This document shows positions 1 to 12,581 of a DNA stretch of 64,000 nt, piece after piece. The stretch covers positions 29,173,772 to 29,237,771 of the forward strand of contig NC_133620.1 in the NCBI RefSeq assembly GCF_048593235.1, written 5' to 3'. Below the pieces are notes generated by a model. It worked only from the letters and a program-made list of their open reading frames with translations, did not search any database and was not told the DNA's origin. This DNA comes from Sminthopsis crassicaudata. Its lineage: Eukaryota. Positions within the stretch are counted from its first letter, which is position 1. The number at the start of each line of letters is the position of its first letter. Position numbers and translations under genes: made by a program.

Positions 1-137
1 TATTCCAGAGATGAAATCAGCACTTCCAGGACCTGTCAGGGAGGAGATGGGGCTGAGGTCAGAAGAGGCAGGAGCCAGAAGGGACGGCTCAAGGAGGGCC
101 CGATCTCCTTCCGCCCCTGCCACTCCCCTCCACCTAC

Positions 138-3100
138 TGTGCGCCTGTCCAGGGTGACGCTGTTGGTGTAGAGGAATTCCAGCACCAACAAGAAGGCCTC
201 GGGGGGCACGTCAGCCAGGACCACGGGCTCCTGCGGGGCACCCCCTCCGGGGCTCTCGGCATTCAGGAGCTGGCGGAAGTAGTCGCAACGGGAGGTCAGG
301 AGGCAGCGGTGGGCGAGCACTTCCCTCCGGTCTTGGCCCACCAAGAACCGAACATCACTGGCAGGGACAGGGAAAAATGGGAGCTAGTCAGGTTGGAGGC
401 ACAAGGGGCCCCCCCCCCCATCCCCATCGTCCAGGTCTCCGTCCCCCAGGCTGGGCGGAGCAGCCCTGGGCAGCTGAGCCTGCCTCAACCAGGAGTTCTT
501 GGAGGCTCAGGAATGCCGGGCAGCGTGGGCAGGGGCACCCATGGCCTGTAGCGGGTAGAGGGCAGCTGGCCTTCCCTGACCTGAAGCTGCCTCCTGGAGG
601 GAGGCTTCCCTGGCGTGACTCAGGCCCATCCCCGGCACCTTTGCAAGGCAGGATGGAGGGAGGTGCCCGTGGGGGCGGGCATCCTGGAACAGTGAAGGCA
701 AGAGCGGCCCACAGCTTTCCTGGGCTGCTAACTCAGCGTTTCCTCGCTGGCTTCCTCTGCCTCGGGAGGCCCTTCCACCCCCTCTTGGCCAGTGACGAAG
801 CTTGGCTAAGCCTCTGTTTAGGTGGAGAAGGGGGGGTTTAGGCCTAAGGCCCTCCAGGTATCTGCCAGGCCCTCCCCAACAGGGCCCAGCCCTGGCGCTA
901 GGCCTGGAACCCCAGAACTTGGGGATCCAGCCTGAGTGACTTTGGGCAAACCCCTCGCCCTCTCTCGAGTGGCTGGGAAGGAGCTGGGACTCGAGGCCTT
1001 GCGTGTCAAGGTCCCGTGGGGACGGCTGCTCCTTTCACAGGTCGCTGCTGCTGGAGCCAGGGGCCTGGGGTCAGAGGCGGGAAGGAAGTGCTGACGAGCA
1101 GGAGAAAAGTTTGCCAGCCACAGGTTTCCACCAGAGACCTGGCTGGGCTACGCCCACTTTCCTGATGTACTCTGCAAGATGAGGAGAATTTCGAGTGCAA
1201 AGGGTTCCAGGCAGAGGCAACTGGAGGCGGGTGCTGACGGAGCTGTGGCCCTGCTGGGGGCGAGGGCCCCCTCCATCCCCCACCCCCTACCAGGCAGGGA
1301 GTTCCCTCTCCTCTAACCCTGGGAGACTCGCAGGGTGGAGGCGGCTCAGGCTTCGGCTGCCTCGGTGGGCTGTTCCTCCCATGTTATTGGTATCCTGTGC
1401 CCCAACCCACCTCCAAGAACCAGGGCCACACGTGAGAGCTCAACTCTGTGGGATCTAAAGAGATGATACATGAGTCCCAGGATCTGAGCCTCCGATCAAA
1501 ATACTAAACACAACAAATTTCAGATGACGAAGTTAAAGCCATTTCTAGTTATATGAAAAAATGCTCCAAATCACTACTGATCAGAGAAATGCAAATTAAG
1601 ACAACTGAAGTACCGCACACCTGTCAGATTGGCTGAAATGACATGAAAAGATGATGAATGTTGGAGGGGATGTGGGAAAACTGGGACACTGATGCATTGT
1701 TGGTGGAGTTGTGAAAGAATCCACCATTCTGGAGAGCAGTTTGGAACTATGCCCAAAAAGTTGTCAAACTGTGCATACCCTTTGACCCAGCAGTGCCCTT
1801 ATCGGGTCAGTATCCCGAGGAAATTGTAAGGGAGGGAAAAGGACCCCCATGTGCAAAAATGTTTGTGGCCACCCTTCTTGTGGTGACAAAGAATTGGAAA
1901 ATGAGGGGATGCCCATCAGTTAGAGAAGGGTGGAACAATCTTGTGGTACAAGAAGGTAATGGAATATTATTGTGCTATAAAAATGATGAAGAAACTGATT
2001 CTAGAAAGGCCTGGAAAGATTTGCTGATGCTGAGGAAAAGAAACAGAACCAGGATGTTCTGTTTGTACACAAGAGTGTGCGACGATCAGCTAGGACAGAC
2101 TTGCTTCTTCTCAGCGGCTCAGTGGTCCAAGGTTCAGAAAATGCCGTCTGCAGCCAGAGAAAGAACTAAGGAGACTGAATGTAAATCAATATGTGCTGCG
2201 TTCACTTCCTTTTTCTGTTTTTTTTCCTCTCCCATGGTTTTTCCCTTTTGCTCTGATTTTTTTCTCCTCCCAACATGATTCATAAAGCAAAGTGTATTAA
2301 AAACAAAATTACAATGAAAAAAAAAAAAAAGGAAAGAAATGTCAAACAGGGACAGCTAAGTGCAGCCAGCCCTAGAATCAGGAGGAACTGCGTTCAGATG
2401 TCTCCTCAGACACTTATTAGATCTGGGTAAATCATTTAATTCCGGTTACCAAAAAAATGTTAAAAAAGTCCAGGGCTCAGCACAGGCCCGTGGGACACTC
2501 CATTAGGGGCCAGCTGCCAAGCTGATGTTGACAGTGCTCATTAATGGCTCCCCTGCCTCCATGGGAACTCCCTCTTCTCATCTTCTGAACTGGCACCCCC
2601 CCCCATAAATTATCCACAAATCAAGAAAGGAAAGACTTGTCTGAAATTCCCTGGGCTCAGGGTCCAAGGAGAAGGGCAGCAGGGGCTGCTGGCCTGCCCA
2701 GTCAGTGCACTCTGCGAGGGAGGGCAGCTGCTTCTCCCAGACATCTCCCGGCCCTGGATTCCCTGGCCTGGGAACTGACGAGCCCGGTGATTCTCAGGAC
2801 AAAGCAGCCTTTGGGAGGTGGCTCCCCAGCTACACTCTATCCCACACATCTCCCGGGCTGGGAGCCCAGGAAGTGAGGGGGGTAGGAGCCCCATAAGGAG
2901 CCCAGTGCCAACCCTTAGAGGAGGCGAAGGCATCGAAGGCCCCATCTGTGTGGGGCAGAACGAGAAAAGGGGAAGTTCCCTAAATCTGACCTTACTCCCC
3001 ACAAGGTCAGCAGGGTCTCCCCCTCACACTCAGGCAGCCCATCTGGACCACAGGCAGAGGCGGGCAGGAGGCACTGGAGAGGAGGCAGACATTCCAAGAA

Positions 3101-6100
3101 GAATCTGAGTCTCAGGGAAGGCCAAAAGTCACACAAGTTCTTAATGAGTGGTGCAGCTAAGGTGGCATCCAAGGCCCTTGACCCCCAATCCTGTGCCATT
3201 CTTGCTACCACTGGAGGGGAGAGGAAAGGCCCAGACTGCACCATACAGACCTTCCCCCTCAGCAAGGATGCTGGGAACTCCTCCAGCCTCTCAGAGGATG
3301 GGGTCGGGGCATAGAGGCCGACTTCAGGGCAGCGCCCTTTTCCTGGGGTGGAAGAGCAGACGCTCAAGAGAGCACCAGCTGACCCCCCCGCCCATCCTGG
3401 CACTTGTCTGGATTGGGCTGGGCAGGGCAAGGACACTGTGCCAGTAACTTTGATCAGGGGACTACCCCAGCCAGGAAAACCAACCAAGACCTGGGATCAG
3501 CTGGCGACAAGCACCAGGGGGAAAGTGAGGGAAGCAAGCTGCTGGCCCTGCCCTGCCCCTGCCCTCCTCCTGATGCTGGTCTCCTTCACAGCCCCGCCCA
3601 CACCAATTACCTCTCCCTGGGCTCCGGCACTGCAGGGATCATCTATGCCAGGCAGGGCTGGGGGGGAGGGAGGGGGCATGGCTTCGCTGCTCCATTAGCC
3701 TGCTCACCTGCCGGGCCACAGCCTGGGGTCCCCTAAAATCTCCAGGTCCTTAGCCTCCTCAACGCTGTGTTTGTGATTATTTCTCAGAACTCAGAACAAG
3801 CCCATTGGGCCAGGCGAGGCGCTGGGCACATGGGAGCAATGCAGAGTAGGACAATGAGTCCAGAATGTTAGAGCTGGGAGTGGGTTTCTATAGCTAGAGC
3901 TCCTCATGGTATGAGCAAGGAACCAGAGGTTCGGAGGTGATTTTGTCCAGTAAAGCAGGCTTCCCTCCTGCAAGCTGCACCGTTCCATTGGGCAGGAAGC
4001 CCACTTAGACTCTGTGCTCCTTGAGGACAGGCCATGGCTCTCCTCCCTGCAAAGATGGAAGGACCCAGAAGCAGCCACCCTTGTCCTCTCATTCCCTCTC
4101 TTCCTCGGCCACATCACTAGGCTGCCCCTTCCCAGGCTCCGATTGCTCAATCCTCCAATCCCAATCAGCTAATCAGGAAGCTTTCTGGGTGCAGGGCACC
4201 CCTAGACATCCCCTGTGCTGTACCACTTCTCCCGGGAGAAGCGTGGGCAGGAGCCCCATTGGCCAAAGCAGGAAAGATCCCCTTCCCATCCAGCGGTCCA
4301 GCCACACACGGGGAGGGATCAGCCTGCCTCAAAAATGGGTGTGCCATCCAGTGCCCTGGTTAGGTTGCAGAGCTGGCTGGAGGAGGAAAAGCTAAGCTTC
4401 TGTAGGCCAGACTCAGCTGTATCCAGAGCCAGCCAGACTCAAGGACAAGGGTCAAGAGGGGCTTTCTGATAATACTCAGGAGGCACCCTCCATCCCGCAG
4501 GGAACCTGGACGATCATGAAGTCTGTGAGCTTTGGAAGCTGCCCTACGCTGAATTAAGGAAGGAGTATTAATGAACAGCAATAAGAGGGTGGGCACCTTC
4601 CCCCTTTCAGACAGCTGAAATGACCAGGGGTTGGGGTGACTAGCTCCGCCCCCTCCAAATCTTTGCCTTCTGCCCAGTGGCTGGCGGGTCCTGAGCTAGG
4701 CCAGGGAAAGGCAGTGAGCTCCTACTCCTGCTTGTGCAGTCTCACCACTCAGCAGTGGTCCCCTAGTTCGAAAGGACACCCTCCATCCAGCCCCAGGCTC
4801 ATTCTCTTCCTCCCACAAAACTCCTCCATCCGCTGAGTCACCAAGACTGAAATCTGAGTCACTTGCCTCCAATCTCCAGTCCCGCATCCGATCCCTCCTC
4901 CACACTGGTTTTACTGCAGCACTAACTTCATGACATCACGTCTTTCTCTCCAACCTCCTTAGTGGGGCATTCGAGACCCTCTCCATTAAGATCCCCTTCG
5001 CCCAAGCCTGGATCTTTCTGCCTTTCCTTCCATAGTTGCCCCTTTTTGTAAGGGCTCAGTTGGAGGCCCCCCGCTCATTGAGCAGCTTTCAATGCCCTTC
5101 CTCCCCAGCTCTAGAGAGCTCTTCCTCCCTCCCAAAGACTGGCCCAATTACTTGTCACTCAGCACTGCCTGGAGTCATATGCAGGTGCCTCTGTCAAAGG
5201 TGGAGATATTCCCATTGCGCCTGACCCTGACTACTGCCCCGAGTCCTGTAGAATCAAAATGGTGGAACCACAGAGCTAGAAAAGACCTTAGAGACGATTT
5301 AGACCAAGCTATGGCCGACCGGGATCCCCAGCAAGGGGTCCTCCAAGTTCTTCCAGAATACCTCCAGTAAGGGAGCTCACTATTTCTTCAGTCAGCGCAC
5401 GATATATTCTCCAAAAAAAATAAAATGTTCGATAAAAGACTGGAGAGCGTCTTGGACCCCAGCTCTGCTGCTTAACTGTTTGTGACACCATGGCCACCCA
5501 TGCCATCTGTGGGCCTCAGTTTTCCTATCTGTACATGAAGTACCCATTTGGGGAGATATCCAAAGATCCTTCTTGCTAACTGGAGTCTGAAGACCCGAGC
5601 GGGACTCATGTCTGCCACTTCCTATGGAGTCTTTTCTCTGAGCCTGTACAATGGGAAGCATAACGCTTTCCCTAGTAATGCTGGGGTCAAGTGCTTTGGC
5701 AAGCCTAGGTTGGAAGGAAGCAGAACTGAGCAGGAGCCTCCCTGGGCACTGCCAGGGCAGAACTGCCAGGGAGGATGAGAGGCCGGACCACACCCTGCCA
5801 TCATGGAAGGCCTTAGCTTCACCTTGGGCCCTGGGCCCTCCCTGCAAGCTGGACAGCTCCTCTCCACTGGCTCTGGGCTCTTCCCTAGCCCTCGGCTGCC
5901 TGCCGGCTTCTTGGCTCCAGTGGGCTGACTGCTGTCCACCAGCCTCGCTGTGCTCCATGCCCTGTGTGCCCCCCCCCCCTCCCGCTGCCCTGGAGAACTT
6001 GCAGAAGCTGGGATAGAGACAAGCAAGAGCCCCGCGCAGCCCAGAGCTGGGATCTGAGCCCACCTCTGCCTCTGAAACAGGCCCTTTCCCTTATGCCATG

Positions 6101-7091
6101 CATGGAAGCCCCTGACTGTGGGCAGAGTCTGAGAAAGCCAGTGGGATTGCCCAGGGGAAGAGAGGGCATGTTCACAGTGCAGAAGGGGGCTCCCCTTTAG
6201 GCTAGAGAGTGATGGAACTCAGGGGACCCATTTGCAAATGAGTTCCCTTCCCTCATCTCATCCCACCTGCGTTTCAAGCAAGTCCCTTCCTTGCTCTGGC
6301 CTCAGTTTCTTGCTCTGTAAAATGGGGAGGTTGGATTTGCTGACTTCTAAGGAGCCAGGAGTTGGAGCTTGGATTGCCTTGAGAGAAGTTTCCAGTGGAG
6401 AGCGTCCTTATCTGGGCGCGCCTGCCACTCCCAGGAGACTTGCATTGGTTCTGGGTGATTCTCTGGCGCTTTTTAAGGGCACTGAGAAGAACACCCGGGA
6501 CTTGTCCAGGGTTAGAAAAATGGGCCGTTTAGGGGAAGGCCTCCGAGGGCAGAGCCAGGAGAGGGGAGAGGGAGGGAGAAGGGAGGAGGCGGGGAGATGC
6601 AGGGACGGAGCTGTCCAGAGAGGAAGTGGTACCACAAAAGGTAGTGAGCTCCCCGTTTAAGGGTCTCCCAAGCACAGGCAGCATGGCCGGCTGTCGGGGA
6701 TGTTTGGGGGTCGGGGCTAGTCCAGGGCAGGATGGGGACTCGGGGAAATCCCCGGCGGGCTGAGGGCGTTCCCCAGCCGGGCCCAGCGCTGGCCGGCGGA
6801 GGGGGGCGCACACCTGCACTCACCCAGCCGGAGCACCGGCTCACAGGCTGGGACACCGCGGGCCTCAGCGCCCCGGGCACCCCGAGCCCCGGGTTACCGG
6901 CCTGCGCGCGCCCAAGCTCCCTACACATGGCCGCCCCGCCCCCACCCCGGGGCTCACCTGAAGCGCCCACAGTTGAGCAGCCCCCGCAGGGCGGCCCTGA
7001 AGGTGGCCGGGTCTCCTTGCATCGAGTGGGACGGGATCTGGGCCGGAGATCCTCCCGACGGCCCGCCCGGGGACCCCCCCGGGGGTCCCAT
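138..7091 (-). CDS. BTBD19: BTB/POZ domain-containing protein 19, exons 1-2 (gene continues off the left edge)
   Basis: Exon 1 is 7091-6958 (ACCATGG start; ...SMQGDPATFRAALRGLLNCGRF-AG|gtgag), resembling human ...HGKAEPFSAALRSLVNNPRYS. Exon 2 is 357-138 (cag|T GAT GTT; DVRFLVGQDRREVLAHRCLLTSRCDYFRQLL...AFLLVLEFLYTNSVTL|gtaggt), a BTB domain. Phases match (AG|T = Ser). The start codon is uncertain: 7091 is preferred, and an in-frame ATG at 7517 is also possible. Confidence 0.88.
1490..2330 (+). mobile_element. 5'-truncated L1 (ORF2 C-terminus, 3' UTR, poly(A)) in BTBD19 intron 1
   Basis: Degenerate ORF2 tail (ECWRGCGKTGTLMHCWW; KMFVATLLVVTKNWK) and an A-run at ~2317-2330. Confidence 0.88.
2345..2460 (+). 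mobile_element. Marsupial CORE-type SINE fragment (WSINE1/MAR1-like)
   Basis: gggacagctaagtgcagccagccctagaatcaggaggaactgcgttcagatg..., similar to the copies at 61735 and 62205. Subfamily not resolved. Confidence 0.6.
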
Positions 7092-7700
7092 GGTCCAGGT
7101 TGAGGCTGGGGGGGGCGGGCCCGAGGGGCCGGCGGTCGAGCCCGCAGCGGAGCCGGCGACCGAGCCCGAACAAGAAGTCCGCAGCCTGCCGCGGGCTCGA
7201 GACCTGAATCCTTCCGGGCGGGAACGGTTGCGGACGCGGGCCGGGTCCAGGCAAACGCTGCTGCCGCCGCCGCCGCCGCCGCCGCGGGGGGTCCCGGCCC
7301 CAGACAGCCCCGGCCGGGCCCCCCCCAAGCTCCCAGCCCCGAGGCATGGAATCCCCCGGCTGGCGTCACTTCCGGTCACTAAGGTCCGGGTCAGCCCCTC
7401 CTGGGCACTGCGCCCAGCGTTCCGGGAGCCTCCCTCCAGGCGCCCTCCTCCCCTGGGCAGCGCCGCAACCTCCGTATGGCTGGGCTTCTCGGGCCCTGAC
7501 GGGGCGGCCTGACCCATGTGCCGCCGGGCCCGGCGCCGCCGCCCAGGACCCCAGGCGGGCCGGGCTCAGCAGCTTCGGACAGGTCCCCCGGACCCCGGCC
7601 TGGCCAGGCAGGGGCAGCAGCCCAGCCCCCTGCGCCCCCGGAGCTTCCCCTTACCCCGGGCTGGGCCCGGGGCAGAAGCCTTGAGGTCACAGTGGGGGGA
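6700..7700. promoter_or_regulatory. CpG island / BTBD19 promoter with ETS-CRE composite motif and (GCC)7 repeat
   Basis: Very GC- and CpG-rich. GCGTCACTTCCGG at 7363-7375 reads CCGGAAGTGACG on the minus strand. (GCC)7 at 7263-7283. Confidence 0.75.
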
Positions 7701-10700
7701 GGGCTTGGCACATCTTTCCCGCAGTCTCCACCCCGCCCAGGATTGACTCAATCCTATCAATGGGTGACCCTTGGGCTGGGCTCAGGTGACAGCCCCTCTC
7801 TGCTTCCCCAGTCATCCCTGACACAAAGTTTAGCTCTCCTGGAATGAGGGAGGGAGGGAGAGAGGGAGAGAGGGAGAGAGGGAAGCATGGAGGGAGGGGA
7901 GGGCACAGACCCCTTCCTAATCCCAAGAGGCACAGTAATGAGATACTGGGAACCTCAGGGTTTGGGGTCAGATCTTGTCTTTACCCCTCTAGTATCATTG
8001 CAAAGAACGTCCCAAATGGGGTCTCTTAGAATTGGACAATATTGAAAAGGACTTAATCTCGATGCTTCTAAAATGAGAAAAGTTGAGTCCTGAGACCTTA
8101 CCTGCATCACTCTCCCCCTTCCCTCCCATTTCTGTAGCAATTTTTCTGTTTTACAGATGGCACAACTGAGGATGCCCAGAAAGGAGGTCGAGACCACCAA
8201 AGTTATCTATGTAGTCAGTGCTGTGCAGTCTATACCCACCCCATGCCTCTCTGTTCCTATTTCCACTTCTGCTTCCCAGGTCTATCAGAGAAACCCCTGC
8301 AAGGGGTATGGTGGGGAAAACCCTAATGGGGGCTTAGGACCACCTGCCCCAGCCTTACTCCATCACTCTGTCAGCCTTTTCTTAACCCATTCCCAGACAG
8401 GGGAGAGACTAGTGGTACCCCAAGATCACTGCTAGATCCCTGGCCCTGACCTCTGACCTGAGTGAGTCACTCAGCAGCCGGCCTTATCCTCCGGACTCTC
8501 CCCAGGATGTGATGAGAGGGAGCTTGGGCTGCCTGAACAGAAGTCCCCCTCCTGCTATTTCCCAGAGGGGGTTTTCCCTGGCCAGAACAAATTCAACTCT
8601 TTCTCACAACTCCTTTTGCTTTCAATAGGGTGCCTGAATTATAGGCTTGCCAGGGTCACCCCACTAATTAAGGGCAGAGACACACTAGGTAAGAAGAGCC
8701 CAGTGGGGTCTGCCTCAATAAGTGTCTAATTTGCTACCAAAGGATCGGAGAAGTCCAGGACTCCCAGAAGGAAGGGATCCCAGAGGCATCGGAGTACTTT
8801 ATCCAAGAATTCCCTCCACCACATACCCCACTTGCCTTTCCTTGAAAATTTTCAGTGATGGGGGACTCAGCACTTCAGGAGCCAGCCCAATACATCCCAT
8901 CCTGGCTGCTCCTTTATACCTTCCCTCTACAGGGCTCGGTAACCCAGAGCTCGGGTGGTCGGGCCCAACCCCAGTTTATCACCAACTCCTACTTCCAGAA
9001 CTGTTCAACTGACACTGATCAGGCCTGAGTGTGGAGAGGAGATCTGTGAGTGATTCTACATTCCTGACCTTGGGATTCTAATATCTAGGTTCTCATCCTG
9101 ATTCTGCAGGCTCACTCACTAGTCAGGACTTGGATAAACTGAGTCAGCATCTGTTTAGATGACTTCGAGTATATAAAATTATTCTATGGAAAACTTTTGT
9201 TCTGCTCTGTCCCCAGAAGACAGGAAAGTTGTAGAGATCAGTTTAGGCTTAAAAAAAGCCATTACAGTGAGAGCTATCCATTAGTGGAATAGACTAGCCT
9301 AGAGTGAATCCCCCATCCATGGAAGTCTTCTAGTGAAGGTGGGATGCCCAAATCTGGCTCTGGTAGAAGGGATCCTGGTTCAAAGAGCACCAGAAGCCCC
9401 AACATTTTCTGCTGCTGGAGGACAAAGGCTCACTCCCTGTTTCTGACATTGATTTCCAGGAACTTCTTTCCTTAGAACTCAGTTTTAGTTCATTGTAAGG
9501 CTCCAGTAAGATCATTTGGGAAAGGCCTCTGATAAATGTCAAAGCTTTCAGAAATGTCCACTGATTCTAGCAGCATCTGTCAAGCACCCAGAACATGGGA
9601 ACAGAAGTTTTGTGGGTCTTGCTCTCAAGGAAATGACATTCCTTAGAAAGGAGACACAAGGGCATATCAAATGCATCCTAAGTAGTTTCTGGGATTCAGA
9701 GTGGAGCCTGTTGACAGGGTAACAAAGGTGATGTTGCTGAGTGAATTATCTTTATTATCCTGAGAATTCTAAGTGCTCTTTCAATTCTGATTCTCTGTAG
9801 TATAGTGGGCTGCATTACCCCCCCTTTCCCATCCCTCCAGGAGGCTCTCCCATGAGCCCCTTTCCCCTCTAGCCCTCCTAAGCTGAGCCCAAAGCCTCAG
9901 CACCCCTAAAACAGGACAGTAAGGCTAGGATGTGGTACTGAGCTCTGGCTATCTTCTCCCCCTCCTACACTGAGGTCCCTGACAGCAGGCAGGAACTTGG
10001 ACTGAATACCTCCAGCCTAGTCTAGGGGAAATAGCTGAGCCAGGGAGTAGGAGGGTGAATCAGCCTTCCTCCTCTGGCCCCTTGGATTCCCCTTCTCTAG
10101 AAATGGGAGATGATTTTAGTTGGCCCCAATCTAATAGTTCCTGATGAAGCTCTGAAACTCCGGATGCAGGGAGCAGAGGGCAGAGGGGGATGGGTAAATA
10201 TTTCCTGCCCTCATTTGCTGATTTCCGTTTGGCTGAATGTCTTCCTGTGGGTCTGGAGTCTGAGTTTGAAGAAATCTGCTGATTTAGCCCCTCCCTCTCT
10301 TCCTCTCCCTTATGCCTGGGCTGAAGTTTCCTTCTGGAGCTCGGAGCCTCTTTGCTTTCTATTTGACCCTGTCTTTCGAACATCCTCGTCAGTCCTACTT
10401 ATGCCTCTCCAGGCTGTTGGCCAGAGGCCTTTGTGGCCCTTAAAGTGTTACAGGATCTTTACCGTGTGGTTATTTACTGACACCTCCCCCCCCCAACTTT
10501 CCCTTCTTCCGAGATGTATTCCCTCACCCTTTGCCCCTCCCCTTCAGGCTCAAAACTGAACTCATGAACTGATTCCCATAGAATCCTCCTAACCTTCCAG
10601 CCGCTGGTCCCCCCTCCCCCCATTGCTTTACGTCAGTTTTTATGGCTATATCCTCTCCCTTTCACAGCCTAAGTTCGGTGTGAAAGATCCCCAAGTCCTA

Positions 10701-10865
10701 AAACAGAACAGGGTTTATTAGCAAGTGCTGAGCTGATTAACTCGAGCAACAATTATTCCCTCTTGTAAACCTTTGTCCAGCCTTCCCAAATATTCTCCCT
10801 TTTCCAGGAATATAACAATTTTGTTCAAGTCTCTAGGATCTTCATCAGTGGGCTGTGTTACAGGC

Positions 10866-11345
10866 GTATTATTGTTCTATAAGAAAGGATAAGCAGGATT
10901 TCAGAAAGGCCTGGAGAGGCCTACATTAACTGAGGCTGAGTGAATTGAGTAGAACATTGTACACAGTAACAAGATGATATGATGACCAGCTGTGATACAA
11001 TCAGGGCTCTTTTCAACTCTGAGGTGATCCAGGCCAATTCCAATGGTCTTGTGATGGAAGAGTCACCTGCACCCAGAAAAAGGCTGTGGGAACTGAGAGT
11101 GGACCACAGTATAGTATTTTCACTTTTTTTGTTGTGGCTTTTTTTTTTTTCTTTTTGATTTGATTTTTCTCGTGCAGCATTTTAGAGGAAATATGTATAG
11201 AAGAATTGCACAGGTTTAACATATATTGGATTACTTGCCACCTAAGGGAGGAGATAGGGAGAATTTAGAACACAAGGTTTTCAAGGTTCAGGGTCAAAAA
11301 ATGACCCATGCATGTTTTTGAAAATTAAAAAAAAAATTCAAAAAC
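10866..11345 (+). mobile_element. L1 3' end fragment
   Basis: Same family 3' UTR sequence as at 21000-21470, with an A-rich tail. Confidence 0.8.
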
Positions 11346-12581
11346 ACTTTTTGAGGGTTTCAGGCTGATTTCTGAAGTTGGAAGAGCAGGATCTAAGACT
11401 CCTGTCACCCCAGCATTTGCCTGAAGATTAGGCCATGCCAGGGAGGCTGGGATGGCCATTCCTACTCTCCCTGGTCCTAAAAGCAGAGCACCCCTCCTGA
11501 GCCTGTTTCCTGAAGGAGAAAGCTGGGAACCTCCTCAAGTCTACTCTAAATCCCCTTAAGGGCACACAGGCATACTGGAACACAGAACACTGGAGGCCCA
11601 GAGGCTCCCTGGGAGAGCTATGCTGGCTAAGGCACTACACCGGAAGCCTCAGGGGACAAGGGGCAGGGCAGCAGATTAAGCCTCTCCGGGCGTAAACTGC
11701 GGAGGCGTGCCGTGGGGGGCTCCAGGCCGGCACTGGTTAGGGGCTGCCTTCTGAGGCCCGGCCCGGCCCCTCCCCCAGCTCAGCAATTCTGGTGCAGCAG
11801 AGGAGGTGGCAGTGGGAGGAGGGAAGGGCCACAGGTCTGCTGATGCATCCATCACCTAGCAACATATCCAAAACACCTAGGCTGGGCTGGCCACTGGGCT
11901 CACTCCCCTGGCTTGCTGACCAGCTAGCAGGTGACCCACCTGGGCATGACACAGGAGCAGGTGACTCAAGTGGCCTTGGGGAGCTTCAGGGGATGGGGGA
12001 GGGGCTACACAATGAGGGCAACTGGGAGAGGGGAAGTACAGGGAAAGAACTGGGGCTAAAGGGCTGCTGGGGAAGCGGGAAAGTTCTGGGGCAGAATCAG
12101 GCCCAGGAGAGAAGTCATAACGTGGAATGTCATGAGTCAGGGGTCCTCAGCTGTAGGGAGGGCGCTGGATGGTCTTTCACGTCAGCCCCTTCCCTGCTTT
12201 AACCTCCGGCTCCAGGTGCAATTCCATTTACAAGGGAGAAAATAAAGAGCATTTCTAAGGTTTCATGAGCTGGACATGGCTCCACCTCTCACAGCAAGGC
12301 CGGGTATTATTGCCGTCCCTTCTCAGAGAATCTGAGGCACAGAGAGGTGGGGGCTGGTTCACAGCCTGTCTGCCGCAAGACTGGGGGGGGGGGGTCCCCC
12401 CTGCGCGACTTACAGTGGGGGGGAGGGGAGGAAATGGGGCCGGACCCCTCCCTCTCCCCCCACGCCAGGAAAAACCGCCATCCTGCATGGCCCACGCCCG
12501 CACCATGCCCCAGAACCAGAGAAGAGACGGAGATCGGGGGCCATTCGTGACTCCCGGTCTCGCAGATAGGCCCAGTTCCCC

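Noticed and set aside
1071-1283. Possible extra BTBD19 exon after the acceptor-like ttctcctcatcttgcag at ~1172
   Set aside because: No convincing donor, and exons 1 and 2 already join in frame like the human gene.
1793-2278. 161 aa ORF and similar ones (20833-21126, 38507-38818, 55532-55969, 62929-63219) as genes
   Set aside because: They are L1 ORF2 C-terminal remnants.
5392-6063. 223 aa intronic ORF (also 2915-3487 and 3791-4150)
   Set aside because: No recognisable domain or phase-compatible splice pair. One includes MIR-derived sequence.
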